DNA of 64,000 nt, taken from the NCBI GenBank assembly GCA_965209155.1, contig OZ242383.1, positions 1,152,001 through 1,216,000 on the forward strand, given 5' to 3'. Each line of letters begins with the position of its first letter. The first letter of the stretch is position 1. The stretch is from a bacterium. Its GTDB lineage: Bacteria > SAR324 > NAC60-12. Below are positions 52,255 to 61,565 of this stretch, piece by piece. The notes under the pieces were generated by a model. It searched no databases and was not told the DNA's origin. It saw only the letters and a list, made by a program, of their open reading frames with translations. A program made the translations under genes and the position numbers.

Positions 52255-52791
52255 TTACTTACGCATGATCGTGACGGTTCCCGCCTCGTCACCAGCCATG
52301 ACCATACTATTTTTCATCATACCTTCATCATGTCCGATATCGAAGCGGCTCAACTGAACGGTCACGGATCCAGGCGCGTGTACGTCAGCGACTGCCGAAA
52401 CGTAATTATCAGGGACGGCGGTAGGCGCCACCATCGCAAGGATACGCAAGGTCGTGGCATCCGATTCAAACGTGAATGAAACGGATTTGCCAGGCGCGAG
52501 GAGCACACCCGGAGGGCCATCGGATCCATGGCCCACTGCCGCACCACCTTCGCCGATCGATTCGATCACCATGGCCGGATCTCCCGTCAGAATTTGATGC
52601 TCAGCTGCCTTGGTGACGTAGTTTCCCACGAAGAAATGACCATCATTGCTCGCGCTCGTCACCACGATAGGAGCAAGCAATTCATCAGACAGGTTGTTCG
52701 TCACCGTTATTTCGAAGACGTTTCCACCAGCAAACGCCGAACCTGCTACCAGCAAGCTGCCCACGAATCCACACAATTTATTCATTTTCAT
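52255..52791 (-). CDS. Spondin_N-like domain exported protein
   Basis: Signal peptide, FEITVTN, LLAPGKSVSFTF, AMVAPT and FDIG-DE. Confidence 0.7.
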   Translation of the reverse strand: MKMNKLCGFVGSLLVAGSAFAGGNVFEITVTNNLSDELLAPIVVTSASNDGHFFVGNYVTKAAEHQILTGDPAMVIESIGEGGAAVGHGSDGPPGVLLAPGKSVSFTFESDATTLRILAMVAPTAVPDNYVSAVADVHAPGSVTVQLSRFDIGHDEGMMKNSMVMAGDEAGTVTIMRK

Positions 52792-53252
52792 TACAGTTTT
52801 CCTTTCATATAAAATGGTATATTAAAGCCTTGGAACAAAAAAACCCATAAGGCAGAAAGGATATAGTATACTTGCTTCAATACGGAATATCAAACTCTGA
52901 TTATTCGGGGGGTGTAATTAAAAGTGAGGGGCAGTTTCGGTGTCAGCCCTGAGAGTTTGGAAAAATCAGTTCTTGAGAGGGATGATTGATGATAGTGGTT
53001 GAATAGGGTTCATCCATTGAGGAAACGAATCAATCCCGGAAGCGCAAAGATTGCCTGGAAATCCTTCAGACTCAAATCTTTGCATAAACTTCCAAGCTTG
53101 ACCACTTTTTTTGAAATTTTTGATTTTCCTAGTATGACAGCCGGAGACATGATTCGCGACTCGTAGATGAACTCCAGGATTTCCATACGGAAGAGCACGA
53201 CCTCGAAGTCTATAATCTGACATCTTCTCATCGTGAGCACCATTCCAACAAA

Positions 53253-53819
53253 CTACAACTTCCAACTCTTTCTGTGCTCTGAATTAAATTGCTTTCCTCT
53301 GGTCGGATATTCTGGCAATCCATTACTGTCAAAATTTGTTCCAAATGGCATAATCCCCCTTGTTGTTTCTTCAGCTTCTGATGTGAACACAGTGAATGCA
53401 ATTCCGATATTGTAGTACGAGTTCCTAATGGGACTGTTTCTCTCGGAAAAATCGAAAGCAGAACTTAGCCTTACGACAATGATGTCTCCCGGCTTGAGCG
53501 TAAGTTGTGTATTCGAGAGGGTAAGTGGGGAATCAATTCCATTTATGTCAGTTTCAACATAGACATAACTCACTTCAAATTTTGTAAAGTTGGCATTGAA
53601 CAAACCGAAATGCAAATCTGCTACTGCAAGGGCGCGATTTCCAGTGTTTGAGATGACTAAATCAGCGTGATATTTGCTATTGCGCTTGTTTATATTATAG
53701 CTTGACACGGAAAGACTATGATCAACCCGCATATGTACCCAGTAAATGTTATAGATGGACACGACAAGCGCTGCAATTGAAACTACAATAGCGATCGAAG
53801 CGGTTACATTTGTTAACAT
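53253..53819 (-). CDS. Membrane-anchored hypothetical protein
   Basis: GGAG RBS, N-terminal TM, Ig-like beta pattern (ISNTGNR, LKPGD). Confidence 0.65.
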   Translation of the reverse strand: MLTNVTASIAIVVSIAALVVSIYNIYWVHMRVDHSLSVSSYNINKRNSKYHADLVISNTGNRALAVADLHFGLFNANFTKFEVSYVYVETDINGIDSPLTLSNTQLTLKPGDIIVVRLSSAFDFSERNSPIRNSYYNIGIAFTVFTSEAEETTRGIMPFGTNFDSNGLPEYPTRGKQFNSEHRKSWKL

Positions 53820-53908
53820 TGTGGTATCTCCGTATGCTGTGTGTTAACTATTCACTGGACTTTAGACATTTGAGTAAGTTTTAGACTGCTATCTAGCCCA
53901 TGAATAAT

Positions 53909-54469
53909 TTAGTAAAATTGTATTTTTCTGCCAGACACTATCTCGGAAGAGAGGGTTCCGTTGTTTCTGAATTCGTATTTCTCGATCGTGAAATCGGCAA
54001 TGTTCTGGATGTTGTCCCCCAAGATGTTGAAATCGACCGATCTTGCCAGCGTTAACACTTTTTCATTTTGCATTTTTTCTTCTTCTTCCCTGGTCAGTTC
54101 CCCATCGTCGTCTTTACTGCGTGACCCCCTTGTAATGGCGTTGATTGCTTCCTCCCGAGAGTCATAGATCGAGATGAGTTGATTGAAACCGCTGATTGCG
54201 ACCACCTCGCGGACTGGACCGGAAAGTGCGCACATTCCAAATTCCTTACCAGGTTTGTTGAATTTCTTGGCAATGATCAGACCGACCCGGAGTCCGGCGC
54301 TGCTGATAAAGGACAATTGCTCGCAGTCCAGGATCAAGGCATTGTCTCCCGCATCGATACCGGATTCCAGTTGATTTTGAATTGTCTCGGCGTTACCAGC
54401 GTCGACACGACCGACGAGCGCGGCAATCAAGATGCCTTCTTTTCGTTCCCAATTAATGTTTATTTCCAT
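53909..54469 (-). CDS. STAS-domain anti-sigma factor antagonist with C-terminal extension (possibly truncated)
   Basis: GRVDAGNA, LSFISSAGLRV and VREVVAISGF. Confidence 0.85.
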   Translation of the reverse strand: MEININWERKEGILIAALVGRVDAGNAETIQNQLESGIDAGDNALILDCEQLSFISSAGLRVGLIIAKKFNKPGKEFGMCALSGPVREVVAISGFNQLISIYDSREEAINAITRGSRSKDDDGELTREEEEKMQNEKVLTLARSVDFNILGDNIQNIADFTIEKYEFRNNGTLSSEIVSGRKIQFY

Positions 54470-54540
54470 TCGACTTTCTCCAGTTTATTGTTTGTTCTAT
54501 TTTTTGAAGCCATCCAAGACTTTTATATCTTTTTTAAAAA

Positions 54541-54596
54541 ATATTTGCAATTAGTAATTATTCACGATAAATTACTTGCAAATTATTTGCATTTAA
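54541..54596 (+). promoter_or_regulatory. Putative Zur/Fur-family operator
   Basis: TGCAA-N5-TTGCA palindrome upstream of the first znu copy. Single diverged version of the unit triplicated at 56439-56619. Confidence 0.6.
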
Positions 54597-54635
54597 ACTG
54601 CGATTCAATCCATATTGTTCAATCTGAGGCAGCTA

Positions 54636-54697
54636 TGATACCAGGAAAATTGAAAAAGAGCGCAACCATTTCATTCATCAGGATTCAGAAAAGCTAA
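54636..54697 (+). pseudogene. znuA: znuA stub (first ~15 codons fused to last codons)
   Basis: Matches 56659-56702 and then 57705-57721 of the intact znuA. Confidence 0.85.
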
Positions 54698-55419
54698 TGC
54701 ACAAATTGAATAGCAAGGGTTGCTCTTTGTGCGTTTCCGGCGTCCATTTCGACATTGGTCCACAGCAGGAGACCCTGCATTGCCACTGTGAAATCCCCCA
54801 CGGACGGATGGTAGGGGTGTTGGGTCCCAATGGATGTGGGAAGAGTTCGTTGTTTAAAGCGCTGGTGGGAGAAATTCCCTACTCCGGAGATATTTCCTAT
54901 TTCGGCAAAACCCTTGCCCAGGTCAAGCACCAGGTTGGGTATCTGCCACAGCACCTGGAGATTCCTTCCGATTTTCCCATCACAGTGCAGGAATTTATTG
55001 CTGCGGGCAGTCCCGGATATTTTAAATTCAAATGGCCCTGGCAGAGACGGACAGACTCTCAACGAAACCAGATGTTCATGGACCGGATGGGTATCGACCA
55101 CCTCAACCACTCACAACTTGCCAACCTGTCTGGTGGCGAACAACGCCGGGTCTACCTGACCCGCTTGCTCCTGCAAGACAGCCAACTGCTTTTTCTGGAT
55201 GAGCCGCTGGCGGGAGTCGACGAAAAAGGAGAAGACCTGACCATCGACATCTTCAAAGACATGACGAGGGCCGGAAAGACCCTCCTGGTAGTCCACCATG
55301 ATTGGGGAAGCGTGCCCGAAATGTTCGACGAAGTCCTCGTTTTCAGGTACGGTCGTATTGAGCATCTTCCCGATTTTCGGAACACGACCCCACTTTCCGA
55401 AAATGCGTTACCGGCATGA
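54697..55419 (+). CDS. znuC: Zn/Mn ABC transporter ATP-binding protein
   Basis: GPNGCGKS, GYLPQ, LSGGEQRR, LDEP and VHHD. Confidence 0.92.
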   Translation: MHKLNSKGCSLCVSGVHFDIGPQQETLHCHCEIPHGRMVGVLGPNGCGKSSLFKALVGEIPYSGDISYFGKTLAQVKHQVGYLPQHLEIPSDFPITVQEFIAAGSPGYFKFKWPWQRRTDSQRNQMFMDRMGIDHLNHSQLANLSGGEQRRVYLTRLLLQDSQLLFLDEPLAGVDEKGEDLTIDIFKDMTRAGKTLLVVHHDWGSVPEMFDEVLVFRYGRIEHLPDFRNTTPLSENALPA

Positions 55420-56249
55420 TGGACTGGCTCACCTCTCCCTGGAACTACAATTTTATGCAGGCGGCATTCGTGATGATCATCCTGCTGGGGTTGCTGGGGG
55501 GTATGGCTGGTTCCATCGTCGTCACCCAACGTTCCGCCTTGCTGGTAGAAAGCCTGGCTCATGGTCTTCTTCCCGGACTGGTCCTGGCGTATGTCTGGAT
55601 CGGTCGCTCCACCTGGAGTCTGTTGCTGGGTGGATTGCTGGCGATCATCCTGACGCGTTTGTTGATCTTAGTCTTCTCCCTGCACCGGCGAACCGACCAC
55701 ACTACCGGAAGCGTAATCGTCATTGGCTTTAATTTTGCCCTGGGGTTGATCCTGCTGCGTATCTATCGCAGTGAGCTAGACATTTCGCTGGACCATTTCA
55801 TCCTGGGGAACCTGCTGGCTGTTTCCTGGAATGACAATCTCTTTACCGGGGGAGTAGTTGTCCTGACATTCCTGATATTGCTGTTTTTTTACGCGCCTAT
55901 CAAGATCTTCCTTTTCGATTCTGCCTACGTCGCCCGGCGAGGTTGGCCGGTGATGCCGACCCGACTGGTATTGGAGTTGGTGGTCAGCGTAGCCACGCTC
56001 CTCTGTTTCCAGGCAGTGGGCCTGCTCCTGACCCTGGCTATCCTGATCGTACCCGTGGCGACGGTCCAACTGGTAGCCAGGCATTTGTGGCAGATGTTTC
56101 TCTTTGGTGGTTTGCTTGGAGCCTCGCAGGGTGTCGTTGGCCTGATGCTGGCCTATCACCTGGATTGGCCTGGCAGCCCTCCCATCGTGATGCTGGCGGT
56201 GATGACCTATACCGCCGTCCTCTGCCAGCGACGGTGGGTTGCCAAATGA
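55416..56249 (+). CDS. znuB: Zn/Mn ABC transporter permease
   Basis: ESLAHGLLPG, FILGNLLAV and VGLLLTLAILIVP. ATGA overlap with znuC. Confidence 0.92.
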   Translation: MMDWLTSPWNYNFMQAAFVMIILLGLLGGMAGSIVVTQRSALLVESLAHGLLPGLVLAYVWIGRSTWSLLLGGLLAIILTRLLILVFSLHRRTDHTTGSVIVIGFNFALGLILLRIYRSELDISLDHFILGNLLAVSWNDNLFTGGVVVLTFLILLFFYAPIKIFLFDSAYVARRGWPVMPTRLVLELVVSVATLLCFQAVGLLLTLAILIVPVATVQLVARHLWQMFLFGGLLGASQGVVGLMLAYHLDWPGSPPIVMLAVMTYTAVLCQRRWVAK

Positions 56250-56438
56250 CTGATTCCCATTACTATAGACGCTGGTGCCAGCCGAGCATCGGATGAGCCG
56301 CTCCGCTACGATATTGATGTCTGGTCTGCAATACCAACCGTCAACAACAATACGCCTTCTATTCCGGAAATTTCCCGAAAGTGGAAATCTGATTCTTACT
56401 TCCTGAAGCTCTCTCACTCCTCGGAATTATTTAAAATT

Positions 56439-56619
56439 TATTTGCAAATTATTGCTATTTGCAATAATCTATTTGCAATTAATTTGCATTTAGAAAAAAA
56501 TATACTTGCTATTTATCGCTATTTGCGATAATCTATTTGCAAATAAATTGCATTTAGAAAAAAAATACTTGCAAATTATCGCTATTTGCAATAATCTACT
56601 TGCAATTGATTTGCATTTA
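56439..56619 (+). promoter_or_regulatory. Three tandem ~63-bp units, each with a TGCAA-N5-TTGCA box (putative Zur operators)
   Basis: Units start at about 56439, 56503 and 56566, immediately upstream of znuA. Confidence 0.7.
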
Positions 56620-56658
56620 TAAATTGAATTAATCCATATATATATAATTGAGGTAGCT

Positions 56659-57732
56659 ATGATACTAAAAAAATTGAAAAAGAGCGCAATCATTTCATTC
56701 ATTATGTTGGCTTTCATCGGTTGGGTGGAAGCCGCGCCTTTGAAGGTGATTGCTTCCTTCAGCATCCTGGAAGATGTCGTCAGTAACGTGGGCAAAGAAC
56801 GGGTCGAGGTGAAGGCCCTGGCACCGCGCGGCATCGACTTGCATGACGTCGAACTGACGACTGGGGACCTGATCCGTATACGCGAGGCGGACCTGGTCGT
56901 CTGGTTGGGATTACCTTTTGAAATCTGGTTGCATCCCTATTTAGAGCAAACATCGGATGATAAAATATTGCAATTCGGCATGCGTTTAGAGGGATTGATG
57001 CTTGCGAAAGAGGACCACCACCACCATGGAGAAGACGAACATCACGATGAGGATGAACATCACGATGAGGATGAACACCACGATGAAGATGAACATCACG
57101 ATGAGGATGAACATCACGATGAGGATGAACATCACGATGAGGACGAACATCACGATGAGGATGAACACCATCACGATCTTGCCTCGAACGGTGCCTTGGA
57201 CCTCCACTTCTGGCACGACGTGTCGATGATGATTCAGGTTACCAACCTCATTGCTCAGGAACTGGCACGACTGGATCCACAAAATGCAGCCTATTATCGT
57301 GAGAACGCCATGGCATACGGGGAAATCCTCCAGCAGTTGGACGCCTGGATCCATGAACAGTTGGCATTCATTCCAGAGTCCCGGCGGGTTTTGGTCACCA
57401 GCCACCTGGCTTTCGAATATTTTGGCAGAGCCTATCATTTCCACACCTTGGCTCCTCATGGAATCGGGGGCGAGGAACAGGTGAGTCCTCAAACGTTGGA
57501 GAAGATCATTGCCGAGATTCAAAATGAAGGGGTGCGGGTTATTTTCCCGGAAGCGCATGTTGAACATCCCTTGCTGGCTCAAATTGCGAGGGAAGCCGGA
57601 ATTACCATCCAGGAATCGCTGATCCCGGGGAACCTGAACGCGCCCGACACGAAGGCAGGGACCTACGTGGGTTTTATGCGAGAAAATATTCAAGTTATCG
57701 CTCAAGGATTCAGAAAAGCTTATGAACAATAA
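56659..57732 (+). CDS. znuA: Zn/Mn ABC transporter substrate-binding protein with His/acidic loop
   Basis: VIASFSILED, DLHD, DLHFWHD and TSHLAFEYF. GAGGT RBS. Confidence 0.93.
   Translation: MILKKLKKSAIISFIMLAFIGWVEAAPLKVIASFSILEDVVSNVGKERVEVKALAPRGIDLHDVELTTGDLIRIREADLVVWLGLPFEIWLHPYLEQTSDDKILQFGMRLEGLMLAKEDHHHHGEDEHHDEDEHHDEDEHHDEDEHHDEDEHHDEDEHHDEDEHHDEDEHHHDLASNGALDLHFWHDVSMMIQVTNLIAQELARLDPQNAAYYRENAMAYGEILQQLDAWIHEQLAFIPESRRVLVTSHLAFEYFGRAYHFHTLAPHGIGGEEQVSPQTLEKIIAEIQNEGVRVIFPEAHVEHPLLAQIAREAGITIQESLIPGNLNAPDTKAGTYVGFMRENIQVIAQGFRKAYEQ
57040..57165 (+). repeat. Seven 18-bp coding repeats (HHDEDE)
   Basis: CATCACGATGAGGATGAA x7 with synonymous variants. Confidence 0.95.
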
Positions 57733-57985
57733 GGCTGAATCGAATACCAGGGGTTGTTCTTTGTTTAAAGCGATGGCGGGAGTCGACGAAAAAGGAGAAG
57801 ACCTGACCATCGACATCTTTAAAGACAAGGCGCGGGCCGGAAAGCCCCTCCTGGTAGTCCACCATGATGGGGGAAGTGTTCCCGAAGTACTCGACGAAGT
57901 CCTCATCTTCAGATACGGTCGTCTCGAGCATCTTCCCGATTATCGGAATACGATCCCACTCTCCGAAAATGCGTTACCGGTATGA
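57722..57985 (+). pseudogene. znuC: znuC paralog with two internal deletions
   Basis: GCS|LFKA|MAGVDEKGEDL joins three separate parts of 54697-55419. Walker A, signature and Walker B are lost. Confidence 0.9.
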
Positions 57986-58815
57986 TGGACTGGCTCATAT
58001 CTCCCTGGACCTACAATTTCATGCAGACGGCATTCGTGATGATCATCCTGCTGGGGTTGCTGGGGGGTATGGCTGGTTCCATCGTCGTCACCCAACGTTC
58101 CGCCCTGCTGGTGGAATGCCTGTCTCATGGTCTTCTTCCCGGACTGGTCGTGGCGTATGTCTTGATCGGTCGCTCCACCTGGAGTCTGTTGCTGGGTGGA
58201 TTGCTGGCGATCATCCTGACGCGTTTGCTGGTCTTAGTCTACTCCCTGCACCGGCGAACCGACCACACCACCGGAAGCGTAATCGTCATCGGCCTTAATT
58301 TTGCCTTGGGGTTGATCCTGGTGCGTCTCTATCGCAGTGAGCTCGACATTTCGCTGGACCATTTCATCCTGGGGAACCTGCTGGCTGTTTCCTGGAAGGA
58401 CAATCTCTTTGCCGGGGGCGTGGTGCTATCGACCTTTCTGGTATTGCTGTTTCTATACGCGCCTGTCAAGATCTTCCTTTTCGATTCTGCTTATGCCTCC
58501 CGGCGAGATTGGCCCGTGATGCCGACCCGACTGGTATTGGAGCTGCTGGTCAGCGTAGCCACCATCCTTTGCGTCCAGGCCGTGGGCCTGATCCTGACCC
58601 TGGCTATCCTGATCATACCCGTGGCGACGGTCCAATTGGTAGCCAGGCATTTGTGGCAGATGTTTCTCTTTGGTGGTTTACTTGGAGCCGCGCAGGGTGT
58701 CGTGGGCCTGATGCTGGCCTTTCACCTGGATTGGCCTGGCACCCCTCCCATCGTGATGTTGGCAGTGATGACCTATACCGCCGTCCTCTGCCATCGCCGG
58801 TGGGTTGCCCAATGA
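57982..58815 (+). CDS. znuB: Zn/Mn ABC transporter permease, second copy
   Basis: Same length (277 aa) and highly similar to 55416-56249. Confidence 0.92.
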   Translation: MMDWLISPWTYNFMQTAFVMIILLGLLGGMAGSIVVTQRSALLVECLSHGLLPGLVVAYVLIGRSTWSLLLGGLLAIILTRLLVLVYSLHRRTDHTTGSVIVIGLNFALGLILVRLYRSELDISLDHFILGNLLAVSWKDNLFAGGVVLSTFLVLLFLYAPVKIFLFDSAYASRRDWPVMPTRLVLELLVSVATILCVQAVGLILTLAILIIPVATVQLVARHLWQMFLFGGLLGAAQGVVGLMLAFHLDWPGTPPIVMLAVMTYTAVLCHRRWVAQ

Positions 58816-58900
58816 CGATTACCCATTCCCGTTGAAGGCTCGACTGTGGGGAGCGACGGCAGCATCTATATCAGGGTTATGTTCCTCTTGGTTCATTGGG

Positions 58901-59089
58901 TTAGTAGTCGTTTCCCTCTTTTTCATAGTAAAGATAGAGCGCCCGCGCCGCGTTTCTCAGAGTGTCTTGTTGGTAGTCGTATAGCGTCTTCTGCGCTGAG
59001 AAGCACTCGATCTCCGGCACGCGCCAGGTTTCGGGCAGATCTCCATAATTCAGCGTTTGGCTGATGCGTTCGAGGATGGGTGAAATCAT
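58901..59089 (-). pseudogene. Probable type III restriction (Res/DEAD helicase) N-terminal fragment
   Basis: FSAQKTLYDYQQDTLRNAARALYLYYE (Q-motif-like). Only 62 aa. Confidence 0.6.
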
Positions 59090-59103
59090 CTAATTTTTCT
59101 CGC

Positions 59104-59235
59104 TCAACTTACCAACGATTTTTTTAGCGAGGGAGCGGAAATCGTCGTAGCACCCCATGACGGCTTTCTGGTGCGCACCGATAGCGCCGTCTGCCGGTTT
59201 CAGCATGAACATCGGTTTGTTTGCTTCCTGCGAGT
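59104..59235 (-). pseudogene. ParA-family protein C-terminal fragment
   Basis: Manual translation SQEANKPMFMLKPADGAIGAHQKAVMGCYDDFRSLA. Family assignment from recollection. Confidence 0.55.
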
Positions 59236-59237
59236 GA

Positions 59238-60971
59238 TTACACCGTTTTCGGCTGTGCTTTTTCAGCGACCTTTACTATCGCATTTAACTTCTCTTCGAC
59301 TTCGGCATCGATTTCATCACGGGGAATATATGGTACCAATTTATAAAAATCTTTCTTTTGTAAAAATATTGATTTTGGCTTTCCCAGGGAAACAGCAAAA
59401 TTTTCAAACAATGGAACAAGAAAATCATCGGAGGCTTTTATATCATCTGAAAAGGGTCCAGGTTTGTTCAGCGTCTTAAAAGCCTGTTCCAGTTTGCTTA
59501 TTTCTTGTTTGATTTGATTTTTACGCTTTGAAATTTCAGAGTTTCCGAAAAGGTCTCCACTATCAAATCCATCGGTTACATATGCCATGATTGCCGCGCT
59601 CTTACACAAATAATTTTCTATCTCATTTTTTTTCCACATGCTCTCTAACAAATGCTCCGCAATTCTTAATTCTTTTTCTGTTCTGTCCAACAAAAGAATG
59701 CCTTGCAAATCGTTTTTCGCCTCTTTCAAATCGTGAAAATGTTTACGGGCCATATTGGGAAGGTTTTCGATATATTTAACGAGAGGGGCTTGAAGAATTT
59801 GTTCGGATGGGTGTTCCAATTTTTTAGCAAAAGCCTGCAGGATTCTCAGATCCGATTCTCCTTCAAGGTAGAGTATCCAACCCTTTCTTTCCGCTTCATA
59901 GTAAAATTCGAAACCGATATCTTTCAAGGCGCTCATTACGCGAGATTGTTTGTTTTCCCCCAATATATGTGGATTTCCGACAAAAGCGACCGCGGAGTGA
60001 CGTTGGGCAGCTTCACCTAACAGAACTTCGGAGTGACTCGCGGAAATGATCTGTGAATTCCGTTTTTCCGCCACTTCGTTGATACGGTTGTATATTTGTC
60101 TTTGGCGTAAGATCTCCAAATGCGCGTCCGGTTCATCCAGAAGGAACACCGTGTTTTCGGAATTGTCGTAAAGATGCGCCAGAAGTAATAACACTTGTTG
60201 CATACCGCGACCGGAGGAGGACAGGTCCAAAGTGGTTTTCCCATCCTTGTCGCAGTAGTCCATTGCGATAGTTCCACGATGAGTTAAAGATCGCGGCTCG
60301 TTGAGAGTCACGCCGAACAAGTTCTTGAAATGCGCAACAAGAGCATTCCAATCTGTTTTATCATCCTTTGAATGGACTCGATAACACAAATTACGCAAGA
60401 CCTCGGCGGTTTGCCCTTGTCCAACCAGTACGTTGATACGTCCTTCCTGAATCAAAGCCTCCTCGGTCGCGAGTCCGGACATTGGCGGTAGAAAAGTAAG
60501 CTTTGTGTCCAACGCTTCCCTGGGGACTTCCATACGTTCCGGCTTGTTACCGGGGCCGGTACGCAGGGGACGACAGAAGAGAGACTCCGTGTTTGCGTAA
60601 TCGAATTCCAGTCCACAATTCCATTCTTTCCCTTGACTGATTCCTTCCACAACGAGATCGATGCGGATATTTTCGTTGGGTCCTCTCCTCACCTTTCGTT
60701 TGAACCAAATGAGGTCCACCTCCACAATCGGTAAGGGAATCAAATCCAGCCTGTTGACGGTAACGCCAGGGCGTTTCGTCGAAATTTTTTCCTGGTCCTT
60801 CGATGCGTGTTTATCCGCCCACTTTCGCAATCCGGTATACCATAGCGTTAAAGCTTGTAAGGCGGATGTTTTACCACCGTTGTTGGGGCCGATAAAAACG
60901 AAGCCGTTTCCAAGCGGAATGGTCACTTCTTCAAACAATTTGAAATTTCGGATAGTTATTTTTGTGAGCAT
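59238..60971 (-). CDS. ABC-type ATPase with C-terminal TOPRIM-like region (OLD-family-like)
   Basis: IRNFKLF, GPNNGGKT, SGRGMQQ, LLDEPDAHLE, ASHS, then YLEGESD, LLDR and EIENYL. Confidence 0.8.
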   Translation of the reverse strand: MLTKITIRNFKLFEEVTIPLGNGFVFIGPNNGGKTSALQALTLWYTGLRKWADKHASKDQEKISTKRPGVTVNRLDLIPLPIVEVDLIWFKRKVRRGPNENIRIDLVVEGISQGKEWNCGLEFDYANTESLFCRPLRTGPGNKPERMEVPREALDTKLTFLPPMSGLATEEALIQEGRINVLVGQGQTAEVLRNLCYRVHSKDDKTDWNALVAHFKNLFGVTLNEPRSLTHRGTIAMDYCDKDGKTTLDLSSSGRGMQQVLLLLAHLYDNSENTVFLLDEPDAHLEILRQRQIYNRINEVAEKRNSQIISASHSEVLLGEAAQRHSAVAFVGNPHILGENKQSRVMSALKDIGFEFYYEAERKGWILYLEGESDLRILQAFAKKLEHPSEQILQAPLVKYIENLPNMARKHFHDLKEAKNDLQGILLLDRTEKELRIAEHLLESMWKKNEIENYLCKSAAIMAYVTDGFDSGDLFGNSEISKRKNQIKQEISKLEQAFKTLNKPGPFSDDIKASDDFLVPLFENFAVSLGKPKSIFLQKKDFYKLVPYIPRDEIDAEVEEKLNAIVKVAEKAQPKTV

Positions 60972-61125
60972 AAGGGTTTACTCTCCCTAACCAGTTTTCT
61001 TAATGGCGCTATCGGAAAAGGAAATAGTGTCGGTAACTCGGTAGCAACCCGGTTTGACGAGGAAGTTGGAAACGGATTTCGCAAATAGGATTAAGAAGAT
61101 CAGGTCGAATATAGAACGATCATGT

Positions 61126-61404
61126 TCAGTGATCCATGTTGCCAGGAATAATGGCTTCTTCAGGAATACGAGGAAGCCCCTGTCTTTGCAAATAGAGTGC
61201 GAAGCGTTGTTGGATTCTGGTTATGTAGGGATGAATGAGGCGACCTTCGCGTTTGTCTCTAATATCTGAAAATTGTTTCTTATCGAATTTTCTAAAATCA
61301 AATCGAACGGTTTTTCCTTCGTGAAGGGAAAATGCAATACTTTCCCATACTCTCTCGGCAAAATGTCCTCCTTGATAATTTTCCTGAATTTTATTTTCAG
61401 ACAT
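61126..61404 (-). CDS. Hypothetical protein, probably a truncated C-terminal remnant
   Basis: Protein-like GRLIHPYITRIQQRFALYLQRQGLPRIP. No recognisable family. Confidence 0.45.
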   Translation of the reverse strand: MSENKIQENYQGGHFAERVWESIAFSLHEGKTVRFDFRKFDKKQFSDIRDKREGRLIHPYITRIQQRFALYLQRQGLPRIPEEAIIPGNMDH

Positions 61405-61530
61405 CTTTTCCCCTTCTATACAATAAAGCTCAACACAACCAATTTCTTGCCAGTTTCCAGGAATACAGTCGCAATCGTGGCGGATATTGATTAAATGGAG
61501 CCGCTTTCACAGAAATAGCGGGAGAAGAAG

Positions 61531-61557
61531 GTAGTGCCATCATTTTGATGGCACTGC
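61531..61557 (-). terminator. Hairpin downstream of the cytochrome c' gene
   Basis: GTAGTGCCATCA-TTT-TGATGGCACTGC, followed on the minus strand by CTTCTTCT. Confidence 0.55.
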
Positions 61558-61565
61558 TAAGAGAA

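Noticed and set aside
56439..56619. Possible CRISPR array
   Set aside because: The units are whole tandem duplications with no unique spacers and no cas genes. Position fits an operator.
57040..57165. Possible CRISPR or non-coding repeat, and ORFs 56986-57906 (-) and 57002-57229
   Set aside because: It is the in-frame His-rich loop of ZnuA. The other ORFs are shadows of the repeat.
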